Shown here one piece after another: positions 1-12,668 of a stretch of DNA of 64,000 nucleotides. Made by a program: the position numbers and the translations under genes. How positions within the stretch are numbered: position 1 is the first letter of the stretch; each line of letters starts with the position of its first letter. The DNA comes from TPA_inf: Saccharomyces (taxonomy: Eukaryota). The stretch is from NCBI GenBank assembly GCA_000146045.2, contig BK006941.2:864001-928000 (forward strand), in the 5' to 3' direction. Under the pieces are notes generated by a model. That model made no database searches. It saw nothing but the letters and a program-made list of their open reading frames with translations, and was not told the DNA's origin.

Positions 1-1753
1 CGAAAATATTTTTGGCATTCGTAGGGCATGTAAATAACTGTACGACACACTCTCTTATAGCTGTTAGCTGAGGTTCTCTATCCATATATGCCACAGATCT
101 TGTGATGTGGTTGAATATTTCGACTACCTGTTGACAGAAAATGGGCTTGTATAAATTTGAAGAGGCCAACGTTGGAATGATCACATTCTGAATATCTTTT
201 CTCAGTCTTTTCCAATATCTGTTATCAAAATAAAGAATATGTTGTAATCTTGTATTAGAATATGTTCTTGATGTTGGAGTTTCTACATCATTTATCAATG
301 GTGAAAGTGAATGGGTGCTTGATTCGGGTAGAATTTTGTGATGACCCAAAGGAATTTGATTGCCATCTGCAAGGATAGATAAATCGATGTATCTGTAGGG
401 ATCATTCTTATCGAACTTGTTGCTGAAATATTTCTCCACCACCGGTGTCATATCACGACATTCTGTTGCATTTAAGTATTCTGAACACAGGGTTTTACCC
501 ATCATGTTCCTAAAAGTGGTTTGGAAGGAGGAGTTTGGTATGTTTAAACAGTGTGTAATCCAAAGGATGATATACTTGCATGTTTCTTGATGAAGATATT
601 CTGACCACGATGTTAAAGTGGCACTTAATCCATTCGTTTGAACAGCAAAAAAACCACCTAAGACAGATGATAAATCTTGTGAACATTTCAACATTGCTCG
701 ACCTTCTCCGTCAATCCTGGATGTTAATAGATCAATGTGTACGTTATCTGGAACCCCCTGTCTCAAGGCAGTCGTAGCCTGCGAATAGTTATGATATTCA
801 TCGTTATATATTATTACCGTGTAATTTTCGGGATCGATTTTCGCAAGCGATGGAGATGCCTCAGGGCTATTAGAGGGGCTCGTCTTTGCTGTTGTTGTTC
901 CGTCAAACATATAATCGTTTTCATATTTTAAATCGTTTAAAAACTGCGCTCTTTCATACATTTTTCCCTGTTGTGTCATCTCTCTTAATTTGATAGTGAT
1001 ATCTTTCTGTATTGTGGGTAGAGGTTCGATATTCTGGTTAAAAACATCGATAAAATAGTCAAACACTTCTGCAAGAACCAACTCCACTAATGCTATATTC
1101 ACTGAATCATTCCATACATCTTCTTCCTTTATGTCGGCATTTGTGGCGGGATCTTCCGATATATCGTTTTCTTGTTCTTCAGCTTTGCAATGAAGTGGAG
1201 AATTCCAAGCTTCTTCATCTCCACAGTCACAAATTCCACTAGTGAATTCAGTACATATATCGGTACAAACATGATGATTCACATGATCTTTTGGATTAAA
1301 ACAATGAATACAAAGCACACAAGTATCATCGCAACCACACTCATGACACCTATACAAGGGTTCCCCTATTTTGAATTTCCTCCCACAATTTCTTCCGGTA
1401 TGTTTATGGACGTCTCCTATTCTGGATTCATCTATCTTATAAAACGGAATAGTTTGTTGAGATGTTATCTTATCAATATCCACAGCATCTTCTAAACTGT
1501 CAGGAAAAACAGTAAGCTCTGGGTTAGATAATTTTTGTTTTGGATGAGCATTGAATAAAGTAGGTAAGTTCTCTCCGCTGTTAGAAATGACAAAGTATAG
1601 ATATCTGTAAATGAACTCTTTAAGGGCTCTGCTCATGTCAGCCCTTTCAGTAGGACCTCTCGTATACCTAAAATAGGGGAGGTTATGAATAGACCTCAGT
1701 GTTCTCCTAATGTGACCTTGTAAAGATCCTAAATCATCATCAGCAACGGACAT
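1..1753 (-). CDS. UBR1: UBR1 N-terminal portion (N-end rule E3 ubiquitin ligase); partial, continues beyond window start; ATG at 1753
   Basis: Reverse strand from 1753 translates MSVADDDLGSLQGH...; frame stays open to the window edge (no stop, so absent from ORF track); Cys/His-rich UBR-box region around 1180-1400; position immediately upstream of TYS1 matches known synteny. Confidence 0.85.
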   Translation of the reverse strand, partial: MSVADDDLGSLQGHIRRTLRSIHNLPYFRYTRGPTERADMSRALKEFIYRYLYFVISNSGENLPTLFNAHPKQKLSNPELTVFPDSLEDAVDIDKITSQQTIPFYKIDESRIGDVHKHTGRNCGRKFKIGEPLYRCHECGCDDTCVLCIHCFNPKDHVNHHVCTDICTEFTSGICDCGDEEAWNSPLHCKAEEQENDISEDPATNADIKEEDVWNDSVNIALVELVLAEVFDYFIDVFNQNIEPLPTIQKDITIKLREMTQQGKMYERAQFLNDLKYENDYMFDGTTTAKTSPSNSPEASPSLAKIDPENYTVIIYNDEYHNYSQATTALRQGVPDNVHIDLLTSRIDGEGRAMLKCSQDLSSVLGGFFAVQTNGLSATLTSWSEYLHQETCKYIILWITHCLNIPNSSFQTTFRNMMGKTLCSEYLNATECRDMTPVVEKYFSNKFDKNDPYRYIDLSILADGNQIPLGHHKILPESSTHSLSPLINDVETPTSRTYSNTRLQHILYFDNRYWKRLRKDIQNVIIPTLASSNLYKPIFCQQVVEIFNHITRSVAYMDREPQLTAIRECVVQLFTCPTNAKNIF

Positions 1754-2335
1754 ATTGGAATGTTCTATGTAATTTGTGTGACCTGTAAAGATTAGGGACT
1801 TCAGTGAGAGAAAATAGTCAACTAATAGGATACAGTAAACTTCAACTGCCTTTGTCCGAAGATGCGAAGAAAAAGGAAGAAAGGTGGTAAAAAAACTTAA
1901 TAATGTATCGCAATAAGAAGGAGGGGCAAAGAAAGCAGGATGCTACTATTAAAATAGTTTGCTTTTGTTAAATGCCCAGTTTCACGCTATAAGTATGCAA
2001 AATTAAAGAATAAAAAGCCCAATGAGGAATAAAGCAGTTTTATTGAGGTGAGACTAAAAGGGTCTAGCAATGAAAACAATATATGTTTCCTTTTTAAAAT
2101 GTACCAAAGTCTTTATACTCGCTCGTTGATGTACTGGGCGTTATCAAAACTGTTTGCCACTGGGTAGTTGCCTTATGGTCACTATCTGCAAGTTAAATTC
2201 AATCGCAAGAGGAAGAGAAAATAAACCGTCGCATCACTTTTCTACACTTACCCGGTTATTAATTTTATAACGTTTATATGATATATCTTTTCTTATTTAT
2301 TATATTATGAATCGTGAAAACGGATTAAGCTATGC

Positions 2336-3520
2336 TTACAATTTGGTTTCCTCTAGTTTCGTGGCAATCTCGTTGGTCTTAGTAGCGCCTGGGTACTTAG
2401 TACCCTTATTCTTTGGTTTCTTAGCCTTTTTCGACTTTTGTGGTGTGGCAACTGGATAACCCTTTTCGGAGGCCTCTTGAAATTCCTTGTTGTTGGCAAA
2501 TTCTTGTCTGATTGGCTCCAATAGCTCGTTGATAGCGTCAGCAACACCAATTTTTAGATCAGGTGGGGACAATTTTTCTTCTTTAAAAGCCAATTTCATT
2601 TCTTCGAAGGATTTGTAGGTAATTGGACCACCGAACTTTTCTGGTCTATCAATGAAGAATTCGAAGTGATTTGTACCAAACTTCAATTCTTGGATTGGTG
2701 CAATGACATATTGGACAAATGACAGTAAACCATTCTCTTCGACGTTACCGGGGCTACAAAATGCACTATTGATCTTTTTCTTAACTTGCTTTGGTTCTTC
2801 CAAAAGGTCGATTTTTGAATTCGGATCAGAGGCAGACATTTTACCACCTTGAGCCAAACCTGGAACCATAGGGTTCATTAAATGTGCTCTTTTCTTGTAG
2901 CCCAAACTTGGTAAATTTTCTTCCGCTAAGACAAAAATTTTTCTCTGGTCGACACCACCAAATTGGCAATCAACATCTAAGAATTGTTCGTCCAACGCTT
3001 GCATTAAAGGATAGATAAGCCCACTCAATAATGGATTGGCGACTTGCTTGACAACATCAGCGCCTGCCCTTTTAGCATCGTTTTGTGAAACAATGTTGGA
3101 TAATCTAAAGATATCCATGGTATAGTCTGGAGTTAGCTGGTAAGAAGAGCCAACAACAAATTTTAGCTTTTCAATTGGAACATTGATGCTTCTCAAGATA
3201 GCTTTGATGGTCAATTCATAGTATTTGGCCCTATAGTTCACCACTTCCAATGGCGCCTTCATGTTGTCCAAAAAGGCGTGCAAGTCTGCTAAAAGAACAG
3301 TCACTTCACAACCTGCTTTCAAGAAATCAGCAAGCTTGGTCATAGGAACAAAATAACCACAATGAGGTCTTCCAGTGGGCGCGGTACCCCAGTATAATTT
3401 CAAATGTCTCTTTTGTACTTCGAGAACATCTTTGATGATTTGTGGGTTCAAGACTTCTTGCAAGTTCTTGGTAATGAGACCGAACGCCTCATTAGGGTCA
3501 ACCGTGGCAGCAGAGGACAT
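2336..3520 (-). CDS. TYS1: Cytoplasmic tyrosyl-tRNA synthetase (class I aaRS, HxGH-type motif 'PHCGY', KMSAS-like 'KMSAS' motif)
   Basis: 394-aa ORF in track; recognised sequence; class I synthetase signature motifs visible in translation. Confidence 0.93.
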   Translation of the reverse strand: MSSAATVDPNEAFGLITKNLQEVLNPQIIKDVLEVQKRHLKLYWGTAPTGRPHCGYFVPMTKLADFLKAGCEVTVLLADLHAFLDNMKAPLEVVNYRAKYYELTIKAILRSINVPIEKLKFVVGSSYQLTPDYTMDIFRLSNIVSQNDAKRAGADVVKQVANPLLSGLIYPLMQALDEQFLDVDCQFGGVDQRKIFVLAEENLPSLGYKKRAHLMNPMVPGLAQGGKMSASDPNSKIDLLEEPKQVKKKINSAFCSPGNVEENGLLSFVQYVIAPIQELKFGTNHFEFFIDRPEKFGGPITYKSFEEMKLAFKEEKLSPPDLKIGVADAINELLEPIRQEFANNKEFQEASEKGYPVATPQKSKKAKKPKNKGTKYPGATKTNEIATKLEETKL

Positions 3521-3773
3521 GTTATCGTCAATTAGAGTATGCGGTTATGGATGCTAATCTCTTTTTGACAATGACTAATTTGTATTCTGAAGAAAGAACA
3601 ATTAATTTTCATAAAATTTTTCTACTTTGTAAATGTTCGAGTTCCGTTCTTAGTGATGCTCGAATAAGGACCTTCTCGCCTCCATGATAAAATAAAAATT
3701 ATGATAGTAAGAAGTATGGATGGTTCGAAAGGTTGAAGAATAGCTAGGGAGGCCTATTCGAGTAAGCGCAAGG

Positions 3774-5981
3774 ATGTCCAGACGCAATCCACCAGGCAGT
3801 AGAAACGGGGGAGGTCCGACGAATGCCTCTCCCTTCATTAAAAGAGACAGAATGAGAAGAAATTTCCTGAGGATGAGAATGGGTCAAAACGGCAGCAATT
3901 CTAGTTCCCCAGGCGTACCAAATGGAGACAACAGCAGGGGATCTCTTGTCAAAAAGGATGATCCTGAGTATGCTGAAGAGAGAGAGAAAATGCTTTTGCA
4001 AATCGGTGTCGAGGCCGATGCTGGCAGGAGCAATGTTAAAGTAAAGGACGAAGATCCTAATGAATATAATGAATTTCCCTTAAGAGCTATTCCAAAGGAG
4101 GATTTAGAAAACATGAGGACACATCTTTTGAAGTTTCAGAGTAAAAAAAAGATAAACCCTGTAACAGACTTCCATCTTCCCGTAAGACTGCATAGGAAGG
4201 ATACGAGAAACTTGCAGTTTCAGCTAACAAGAGCAGAAATTGTTCAAAGGCAAAAAGAAATTTCTGAGTATAAAAAAAAAGCAGAGCAAGAAAGAAGTAC
4301 TCCTAACTCGGGTGGTATGAATAAATCAGGAACGGTCTCGCTCAATAATACTGTTAAAGATGGGTCTCAGACACCTACTGTTGATTCAGTTACTAAAGAC
4401 AACACGGCCAACGGTGTGAACTCCTCCATTCCTACTGTAACTGGCTCTTCTGTCCCTCCTGCTAGTCCTACTACTGTATCCGCCGTTGAAAGTAATGGAC
4501 TGTCAAATGGTTCAACTAGTGCAGCTAACGGTTTGGATGGCAATGCATCTACAGCGAATCTAGCTAACGGAAGGCCGTTAGTGACAAAACTAGAGGATGC
4601 AGGCCCAGCTGAAGACCCTACTAAAGTTGGAATGGTCAAGTACGACGGAAAAGAAGTGACTAACGAACCGGAATTTGAAGAAGGAACTATGGATCCACTA
4701 GCAGATGTGGCACCAGATGGAGGCGGTAGGGCCAAACGAGGAAATTTGAGAAGGAAAACTCGTCAATTAAAAGTTCTTGATGAGAACGCCAAAAAGCTGA
4801 GATTTGAGGAATTTTATCCATGGGTTATGGAAGATTTTGATGGGTACAATACATGGGTGGGTTCTTATGAAGCAGGTAACTCAGATTCTTATGTCTTGTT
4901 AAGTGTAGAAGATGATGGAAGTTTTACCATGATTCCTGCTGATAAGGTTTATAAGTTTACCGCAAGAAATAAATATGCTACTTTGACCATTGACGAAGCA
5001 GAAAAAAGAATGGACAAAAAAAGTGGTGAAGTGCCACGTTGGTTGATGAAGCATTTGGATAATATAGGTACAACTACAACTAGATATGACAGAACAAGAA
5101 GAAAGCTTAAAGCCGTCGCTGATCAACAAGCTATGGATGAAGATGATCGTGATGACAATTCAGAAGTAGAGTTAGATTATGATGAAGAGTTTGCCGATGA
5201 TGAGGAGGCACCTATTATAGATGGTAATGAACAAGAAAATAAAGAATCAGAACAAAGAATCAAGAAGGAGATGCTGCAAGCTAATGCGATGGGGCTTCGT
5301 GATGAAGAAGCTCCTTCCGAAAACGAAGAAGATGAGTTATTTGGGGAAAAGAAGATTGATGAGGATGGTGAAAGAATTAAGAAGGCATTACAAAAGACAG
5401 AACTTGCAGCACTATACTCATCGGATGAAAATGAGATCAACCCATACTTATCTGAATCCGATATTGAAAACAAAGAGAATGAATCGCCCGTTAAAAAGGA
5501 AGAAGATTCGGACACTCTATCCAAATCCAAGAGATCTTCTCCAAAGAAACAGCAAAAGAAAGCTACAAATGCGCATGTGCATAAAGAGCCAACTTTGAGG
5601 GTGAAAAGTATTAAAAACTGTGTCATTATCTTGAAGGGGGATAAGAAAATACTGAAAAGCTTCCCAGAGGGAGAATGGAATCCACAGACGACAAAAGCTG
5701 TAGATAGTAGTAATAATGCATCGAATACAGTGCCTTCGCCAATCAAACAAGAGGAAGGCTTGAATTCTACAGTGGCAGAAAGGGAAGAAACTCCAGCGCC
5801 TACAATAACAGAAAAAGATATCATCGAGGCTATTGGTGATGGCAAAGTCAATATCAAAGAGTTTGGAAAGTTCATCAGAAGAAAATATCCTGGCGCAGAG
5901 AATAAAAAGCTAATGTTTGCCATTGTAAAAAAATTGTGTCGAAAGGTTGGCAATGACCACATGGAATTAAAGAAAGAGTAG
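3774..5981 (+). CDS. TFG1: TFIIF large subunit (Tfg1); highly charged, Ser/Glu/Lys-rich
   Basis: 735-aa ORF; recognised sequence; divergent from TYS1 with 253-bp shared promoter. Confidence 0.9.
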   Translation: MSRRNPPGSRNGGGPTNASPFIKRDRMRRNFLRMRMGQNGSNSSSPGVPNGDNSRGSLVKKDDPEYAEEREKMLLQIGVEADAGRSNVKVKDEDPNEYNEFPLRAIPKEDLENMRTHLLKFQSKKKINPVTDFHLPVRLHRKDTRNLQFQLTRAEIVQRQKEISEYKKKAEQERSTPNSGGMNKSGTVSLNNTVKDGSQTPTVDSVTKDNTANGVNSSIPTVTGSSVPPASPTTVSAVESNGLSNGSTSAANGLDGNASTANLANGRPLVTKLEDAGPAEDPTKVGMVKYDGKEVTNEPEFEEGTMDPLADVAPDGGGRAKRGNLRRKTRQLKVLDENAKKLRFEEFYPWVMEDFDGYNTWVGSYEAGNSDSYVLLSVEDDGSFTMIPADKVYKFTARNKYATLTIDEAEKRMDKKSGEVPRWLMKHLDNIGTTTTRYDRTRRKLKAVADQQAMDEDDRDDNSEVELDYDEEFADDEEAPIIDGNEQENKESEQRIKKEMLQANAMGLRDEEAPSENEEDELFGEKKIDEDGERIKKALQKTELAALYSSDENEINPYLSESDIENKENESPVKKEEDSDTLSKSKRSSPKKQQKKATNAHVHKEPTLRVKSIKNCVIILKGDKKILKSFPEGEWNPQTTKAVDSSNNASNTVPSPIKQEEGLNSTVAEREETPAPTITEKDIIEAIGDGKVNIKEFGKFIRRKYPGAENKKLMFAIVKKLCRKVGNDHMELKKE

Positions 5982-6231
5982 GTTAGTTTATAATGTTATG
6001 TACTTAATAGGTTATTTAGTTTTCGTTCTTTTCATTCTTTCCTTTTTCTTTCCATTTAATCTTATGTAGTTACATTATACTGTCATTTTAGTTGCAGTAA
6101 GTATACTTTTTTATCTAGTCTTTTTTTCTGCCTTTTTTTTGAGAAAAGACTCAGAATTCTACTAAACTCTAATATATTGTTATTTCTGTATTATACAATT
6201 CTATGCTATGTGAACTGTCCTTGAAAGTGAC

Positions 6232-7419
<1,188 letters not shown>

Positions 7420-8043
7420 TCAATTTTTTGTTGATTTTTTTGAGCTATTTTTAATTTTTAAATTAAATTGATACCGTTTTAAGAAGAATAAACTTGTCGT
7501 TATTAGAGTAGGTGCGTCATAAATTGATGGATGAGATGAGAGAGCTCAATATGAAAAAATGAAAAAAAAAAAAATTTGAAAAAGCCCTTCGAGGAAGAAT
7601 AGGGAAAAATCTACAATAATAATTATCGTCTGGGGTGATAACAGAACACATCGAAAGGTAGCACTACCAGTAACATCCCAATTGGCTCTGCAGCTATTAG
7701 ATGAAATATACTGCGAATTGCGAATCAAGACATCTATTTTTTATTCTTGTTAGTTTTCGCGGTAACAAGTGGAGCAATTGCTACATACTCGATGTATGAA
7801 GAGCTTCAGTAAAATAATATCATAACATTATCGCCATTTTTTTGGTACTTGTTTTTCCATAAGTGACAGATGTCAAGATTAAAAAAGAATATATTTACTC
7901 AACCTGAGAACCTGCTAGTTTTATATTACCTTTTATATATTAATGTTACAATTGGCTCTACCTGAAGTTGTGTTGTCATTGCTATGGAATCTGGCAGGAC
8001 ACCAAAAAGTCACCTATGCGGGAGATGAAGGCATATTTATTCA

Positions 8044-11000
8044 CTAAAATCTCCTTGACGGTTTCCCCTTATATTGAAAATGTGATAACTCCTCTTCAAT
8101 GCTTAGAATTACGTTTCTTAAGTGATTTTCTGCGTGCTGTTCCAGATGGCTTTCTATCAAATTCCTTATTTCAACAATCTTTTCAGTCATCGGCAAAGCT
8201 TGATTGGAAGCTTGACCGCTATTTAACAGTAAATCAAATATAACGCCCCATATTTCTTTTTTCCAATACCTTTTGAATGGGTTCTTCAATTTGCATCGTC
8301 CATTCTGCAGCTGGATTGTTTCTATGAATTTTCCAAAAAGCATCGAATGTATGACGCCTGCTAATCCATAATAATCCGCTTCATAACTCCATGGCTTGCC
8401 CGCACGCATTTCCCAGCAATCTTGCTGATCAGCCTTCCAATTTGATTTGAATTTCGTTCCAGGTGGTAACAGTGTCATATCAAATGATCTACCGAAATCT
8501 ATTAAATAGATTCCCTTGTTTTCCCAGCCATCCTCTCCATTGCGCATATAATGAGCACCCAGGGGTTCGCCTGGTTTTTCTAATCTGATCATGCAGTTAT
8601 CTGGTTTCAAATCGCCATGTATTATTCCCACTTCATGTATCTTTTCAAGTACTTTCATTAGCTCGACAGTGATAAACATGCACAAATATTCATCCATTAT
8701 TCCGTTGCCGTCAATTGCCTTTTCCCGTTGTAAATTAATTAAATCCAAGACCGTACCTTGACTGGCGTAGTTTAAAACAAGGTAGCTCTCATCAAGGAAC
8801 AAGTGTAAAGCACTAGCGTTGATTATTGACTTTAATATTGTGCTCTTCCTCAACCTAAACTCCACTTGGCTCATTATGTAATATTCCCATACACTTGCAG
8901 GTTTTTCTACTTTCAACGCTCGCAGATGTCCTTGACTAGATTCTGCTAGATATACAGTGGCATAACCTCCTTCGCCTAATTCTCCGCGTATACAATATAA
9001 ATCACCCGTCTTCTTGAAGTCAACAATTGGGTTCTTGTTTTCGTTGCGGGATACCCTATGGATTTTTTTCAATAGAGAACTCATTTTCAATTCTTGGTTG
9101 TAGTTATAAAAGGTGTTATATTGGAATAATGGGGGCGAAATTTCGGATAAAAACTTCGCTCTTAAATTATTACTAAGTGGGTTTTCAATAATGACAGGCG
9201 GTTGATTTTTTATTTTAGTGAAGGGAGGTATGATCGTTGGGTAATGCTCTTTACTCTTTTCCGAATGTTCTGCAGTTTGTAAAAGCTTTTCTGCTTGTGG
9301 TTCAGGTTGTGTGAGAAATGGAGAACTTTGAATGGTTGTGCTTGTTAATTGAGTTTGTGTTTCTGTATTATCCCCCGATTTCTTATCTTCTGTCCTTATT
9401 TGTTCCTTAGGTGTCTGGATTATAGGTACCACATCTGTTTCAGTAGTTTCTTTTATAGGCGTCATGTAGTCTGCCTTTTCTGGCCGTGTGCTACTATTCG
9501 ACAATCTTTCATATCGATCGTTGGTTTCATTTGTTGAGGTAGTTTGTTGTGACACCGTCTCTTGTTTAGGATCTTTAACTTCAGTTAAATCTTCAATATT
9601 CTTTGCTGTAAATTCTTGGGTAAAATTTTCGAAGACGTTGAATTTACTTGTAGTGGTATCATCACCATCTAATAGCGCACCCGGGGTTGAATAATGTTGA
9701 TTGAACATGGAAAAGACCTCATTTATAGCGTCTTTTGAAAAAGCTGTTACTGTAGGTGAACGGGAAGCGTTGGATGTTAGTGAGGGCTTCACTGGTGTCT
9801 CATGCGCGAGGTTTCCATCAACCACAGGCTTCAAAGGTAAAATAGACGTTGTCGTTTGCACTTGTACCTGTGTATTTTTATGGTGTGTGCTCTGGCTGGG
9901 ATTATCGTCATCTTTAAACACCTCAATTCGCGTAGATTTGGGGACAACGGGTGGCTGTGATGAAGGTAAGTCTTGCCGTCTCTCTACCAGCACATCGAGC
10001 TTACGTTTCTTCCTATTTTTGTCACTTGTATAATCTTCGGTGTGCTTCTTACCTCTGCGCTGTACCTTGTAAAGTCCCTTAATCATTGCCAATATTTCTT
10101 CGGTGTTGAACTCCTCATCATTTTCTGGATATATTAGATTAAAATTAAAAACTATCCGTTCAGGTTTCCGTCCCGGAGTATTGATTAGTTTGTAGACTGG
10201 ATTGTTAGATTGCTTTTGATCTGCATATATTGAAGTTTTTTTATTTCCATTCTTCAAGCGTTGGTTAGAGGGCTGTTTAGAGCTATTCAAATTAAGCCTC
10301 TCTGTTTCTGACTTAAAGTCAGCAACCACTATAGAATCTTGATATACGTTAGGAGCAGACTTACCAACTCCAACATTAGAGTTCAGGTTCGCACGATTTT
10401 CCTTGTCATCAGTCATCAATGATGAGGTTAAAAATTTACGAATGAAAAATGGTGCTGTTCTATAAATTAACCTTCCCTTCAATCTTTCCCTTGAATCAGG
10501 TACACTGTTCTGGTTTTCTACGATGTTCATTTCTCGGAGTCTGTCTTCATAATTGCTTAATGACCTTAATAGTCTGTTGTAAGGCCTGCAATTGTTTTCA
10601 GCCCCTAGTTCTAATAACACCTTTGCTTCTAGAAAAAATTGAGCATTTTCTAGTAGCTTGGAGAACTCTTCATAAAATAACGAAAGCTTTGTTCCGATTC
10701 CCTTGTTAAACATATATTTAAAAGTATTTTCACTCTCGTGGAAGTTGTTGCTAAGAAACAAATTTATATACCAAATCCAAATTTTTAAAAATCTGGGATC
10801 GTTCCTATAGGTTTCCATATCTTGTATGTAAATCAAGCATCTTTCCATTGTACTTCGGAGAACTTCTTGACCTGATTCAGAATCTACTTCAATATAGCTG
10901 GTGCTAATCCATATCATATAATCTAAAAACAAATCTAAAGGATCATCCATATCCTCTAAATCATTTAGAAGTCTCTGTTCATAAGCTATTTTTGTCTGAT

Positions 11001-11109
11001 TCAGTTGACTATGCTGCTCTTTTTGAGATGAGCTAACGCCTTTCGATTGCGGAAATGTGTCTTTATCTGATTCATAGCCTCGTACAGTAGAACCTAAATC
11101 TAAATTCAT
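8044..11109 (-). CDS. BUB1: Bub1 spindle-assembly-checkpoint Ser/Thr kinase; C-terminal protein kinase domain (HGDLKPDN, DFG), N-terminal TPR-like region; start taken at second in-frame ATG (MNLDLGS...), track ORF extends 8 codons further to 11133
   Basis: 1029-aa ORF in track; kinase catalytic motifs seen in C-terminal third; recognised sequence; I recall the protein as 1021 aa, which fits the second ATG. Confidence 0.85.
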   Translation of the reverse strand: MNLDLGSTVRGYESDKDTFPQSKGVSSSQKEQHSQLNQTKIAYEQRLLNDLEDMDDPLDLFLDYMIWISTSYIEVDSESGQEVLRSTMERCLIYIQDMETYRNDPRFLKIWIWYINLFLSNNFHESENTFKYMFNKGIGTKLSLFYEEFSKLLENAQFFLEAKVLLELGAENNCRPYNRLLRSLSNYEDRLREMNIVENQNSVPDSRERLKGRLIYRTAPFFIRKFLTSSLMTDDKENRANLNSNVGVGKSAPNVYQDSIVVADFKSETERLNLNSSKQPSNQRLKNGNKKTSIYADQKQSNNPVYKLINTPGRKPERIVFNFNLIYPENDEEFNTEEILAMIKGLYKVQRRGKKHTEDYTSDKNRKKRKLDVLVERRQDLPSSQPPVVPKSTRIEVFKDDDNPSQSTHHKNTQVQVQTTTSILPLKPVVDGNLAHETPVKPSLTSNASRSPTVTAFSKDAINEVFSMFNQHYSTPGALLDGDDTTTSKFNVFENFTQEFTAKNIEDLTEVKDPKQETVSQQTTSTNETNDRYERLSNSSTRPEKADYMTPIKETTETDVVPIIQTPKEQIRTEDKKSGDNTETQTQLTSTTIQSSPFLTQPEPQAEKLLQTAEHSEKSKEHYPTIIPPFTKIKNQPPVIIENPLSNNLRAKFLSEISPPLFQYNTFYNYNQELKMSSLLKKIHRVSRNENKNPIVDFKKTGDLYCIRGELGEGGYATVYLAESSQGHLRALKVEKPASVWEYYIMSQVEFRLRKSTILKSIINASALHLFLDESYLVLNYASQGTVLDLINLQREKAIDGNGIMDEYLCMFITVELMKVLEKIHEVGIIHGDLKPDNCMIRLEKPGEPLGAHYMRNGEDGWENKGIYLIDFGRSFDMTLLPPGTKFKSNWKADQQDCWEMRAGKPWSYEADYYGLAGVIHSMLFGKFIETIQLQNGRCKLKNPFKRYWKKEIWGVIFDLLLNSGQASNQALPMTEKIVEIRNLIESHLEQHAENHLRNVILSIEEELSHFQYKGKPSRRF

Positions 11110-11950
11110 TTCCTGGTCAGCGTTAACATTCAAACAATAGGAACCGTCAATAATCTTTCCATGATGAAAACTTTATACTCTATTCTAAAATCACGTATAT
11201 TGTGTATGTATATGAACAACGCTTTTTTTTCTTTATTTACTTCCTAGCGCGTATCGAAAGCGAAAACAATGAAAGACCAAAAAAACCGTGTCCGTTACAA
11301 GATGACCCCATGGACGTGAAGTCAAACGTTAAACACACTCCTAAAATAAAAACCAGCTATTGAGCATTAATTAGTAGAGAATTCATTAAGACATTACCTT
11401 GAACTATTTTAAAAGTTGGCACAAGTTATGGAGTCGGTAGAATAAAACTCAACTGTCATCAGATTCAATGGAAACTGAACCATGAGAATTGGGGGGATAA
11501 AAGGATTAATGAGAGGTGACGTATAAAATCAAGATAAGAAACCATTACATAAAACGTTCAATTGCCTTTCTACTTGCATGTTTTCAATACCTCAAAAGGA
11601 GAATGTTTTGATATATGTTATATATCATTATTGTCTTCGCTAAGAACGAAATCTAACAATTCTATTTTGTAATTTACCTATTCAGCATATAATTGTTACA
11701 GAATTGGATTTTTATGTTCCTTGAGATAGCTTTCGATATTTTCTTCGTACAGCGTCGATGTCTCTAGTTTTTATCCAACCGCACTTTATATTTTAACGTT
11801 TGATGGTTTTCTATCTTGGCAGCGTTAGAACTTGATGACAATTTATGGAACTTAGTTTCCTATTAGAAAGGGTAACTGTGGCATAAATGTAATAGAAGTT
11901 TTCTTCGAGAATTATAAACTGTTAGAATAAGGACTACAACTATCATCTAT

Positions 11951-12252
11951 TGTTGGAATGAAACTCTAAATTATCTTTTATTTAGTAGTATTCGTTTTAC
12001 TAATATATTATCATATACGGTGTTAGATGATGGCATAAGTTATGAGAAGCGGTCATTGAAGTTAGAGGAAGCTGAAATGCGAGGATTGATAATGTAATAA
12101 TGAAACATATAAAACGGAATGAGGAATAATCGTAATATTAGTATGTAGAAATATAGATTCCATTTTGAGGATTCCTAGATCCTCGAGGAGAACTTCTAGT
12201 ATATTCTGTATACCTAATATTATAGCCTTTATCAAACAATGGAATCCCAACA
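11951..12252 (+). mobile_element. Solo delta LTR (Ty1/Ty2-type), TGTTGGAATG...GGAATCCCAACA termini, ~302 bp, 141 bp upstream of tRNA-Lys
   Basis: Begins TGTTGGAAT and ends TCCCAACA; internal blocks TATTATCATATACGGTGTTAGA, AAACGGAATGAGGAATAATCGTAATATTAGTATGTAGAAATATAGATTCCATTTTGAGGATTCCTAGATCCTCGAGGAGAACTTCTAGTATAT match the delta consensus from memory. Confidence 0.85.
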
Positions 12253-12393
12253 ATTATCTCGAAATTCACCCATCTCTCAGAATTATTCACCCAAATCTCA
12301 GAAGACTAAAAAAGAAAGAAATGTGGATAATCGAGTCTATAGATTCTTAATTACATATTAAACCTGAGAGGTCAGATTTCCAATAATAGAATA

Positions 12394-12466
12394 GCCTTGT
12401 TGGCGCAATCGGTAGCGCGTATGACTCTTAATCATAAGGTTAGGGGTTCGAGCCCCCTACAGGGCT
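12394..12466 (+). tRNA. tRNA-Lys (anticodon CUU), 73 nt, no intron
   Basis: GCCTTGTTGGCGCAATCGGTAGCGCGTATGACTCTTAATCATAAGGTTAGGGGTTCGAGCCCCCTACAGGGCT: A box (TGGCGCAATCGG), B box (GGTTCGAGCCC), anticodon loop CTCTTAA gives CTT; followed by T-run terminator TTTCTTTTTTTC. Confidence 0.93.
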
Positions 12467-12668
12467 TTCTTTTTTTCTTTAAAACACGATGACATAAATT
12501 TCCTTTGTATGAACCGTACCCTTAATAATAAAAGGAAAAATCATGCTTTAGGTATAAGACTTTCTGTTGTATTAAAATTTAGTATTTATTTTTATTATGC
12601 TATTATTTTTTTCGGTCTCAAATGTTACTTAGTGATCTACGAATATTGTTCTAAAAGAAATTTTCCAC

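Noticed and set aside
1172-1495. 107-aa plus-strand ORF at window start (also 580-777, 737-931)
   Set aside because: These lie antisense within the UBR1 coding region, whose minus-strand frame is open across the whole interval.
4367-4735. 122-aa minus-strand ORF inside TFG1
   Set aside because: Same antisense-shadow explanation; Ser/Ala/Gly/Pro-rich low-complexity product.
5177-5962. 261-aa minus-strand ORF inside TFG1
   Set aside because: Antisense to a charged low-complexity coding region (GAA/AAG-rich gives TTC/CTT-rich antisense without stops); translation is Ser/Phe/Leu low-complexity.
11240-11270. Possible MCB/SCB cell-cycle elements upstream of BUB1 (GCGCGT, CGAAAGCGAAAA)
   Set aside because: Only near-matches to ACGCGT and CGCGAAA; cannot be supported without binding data.
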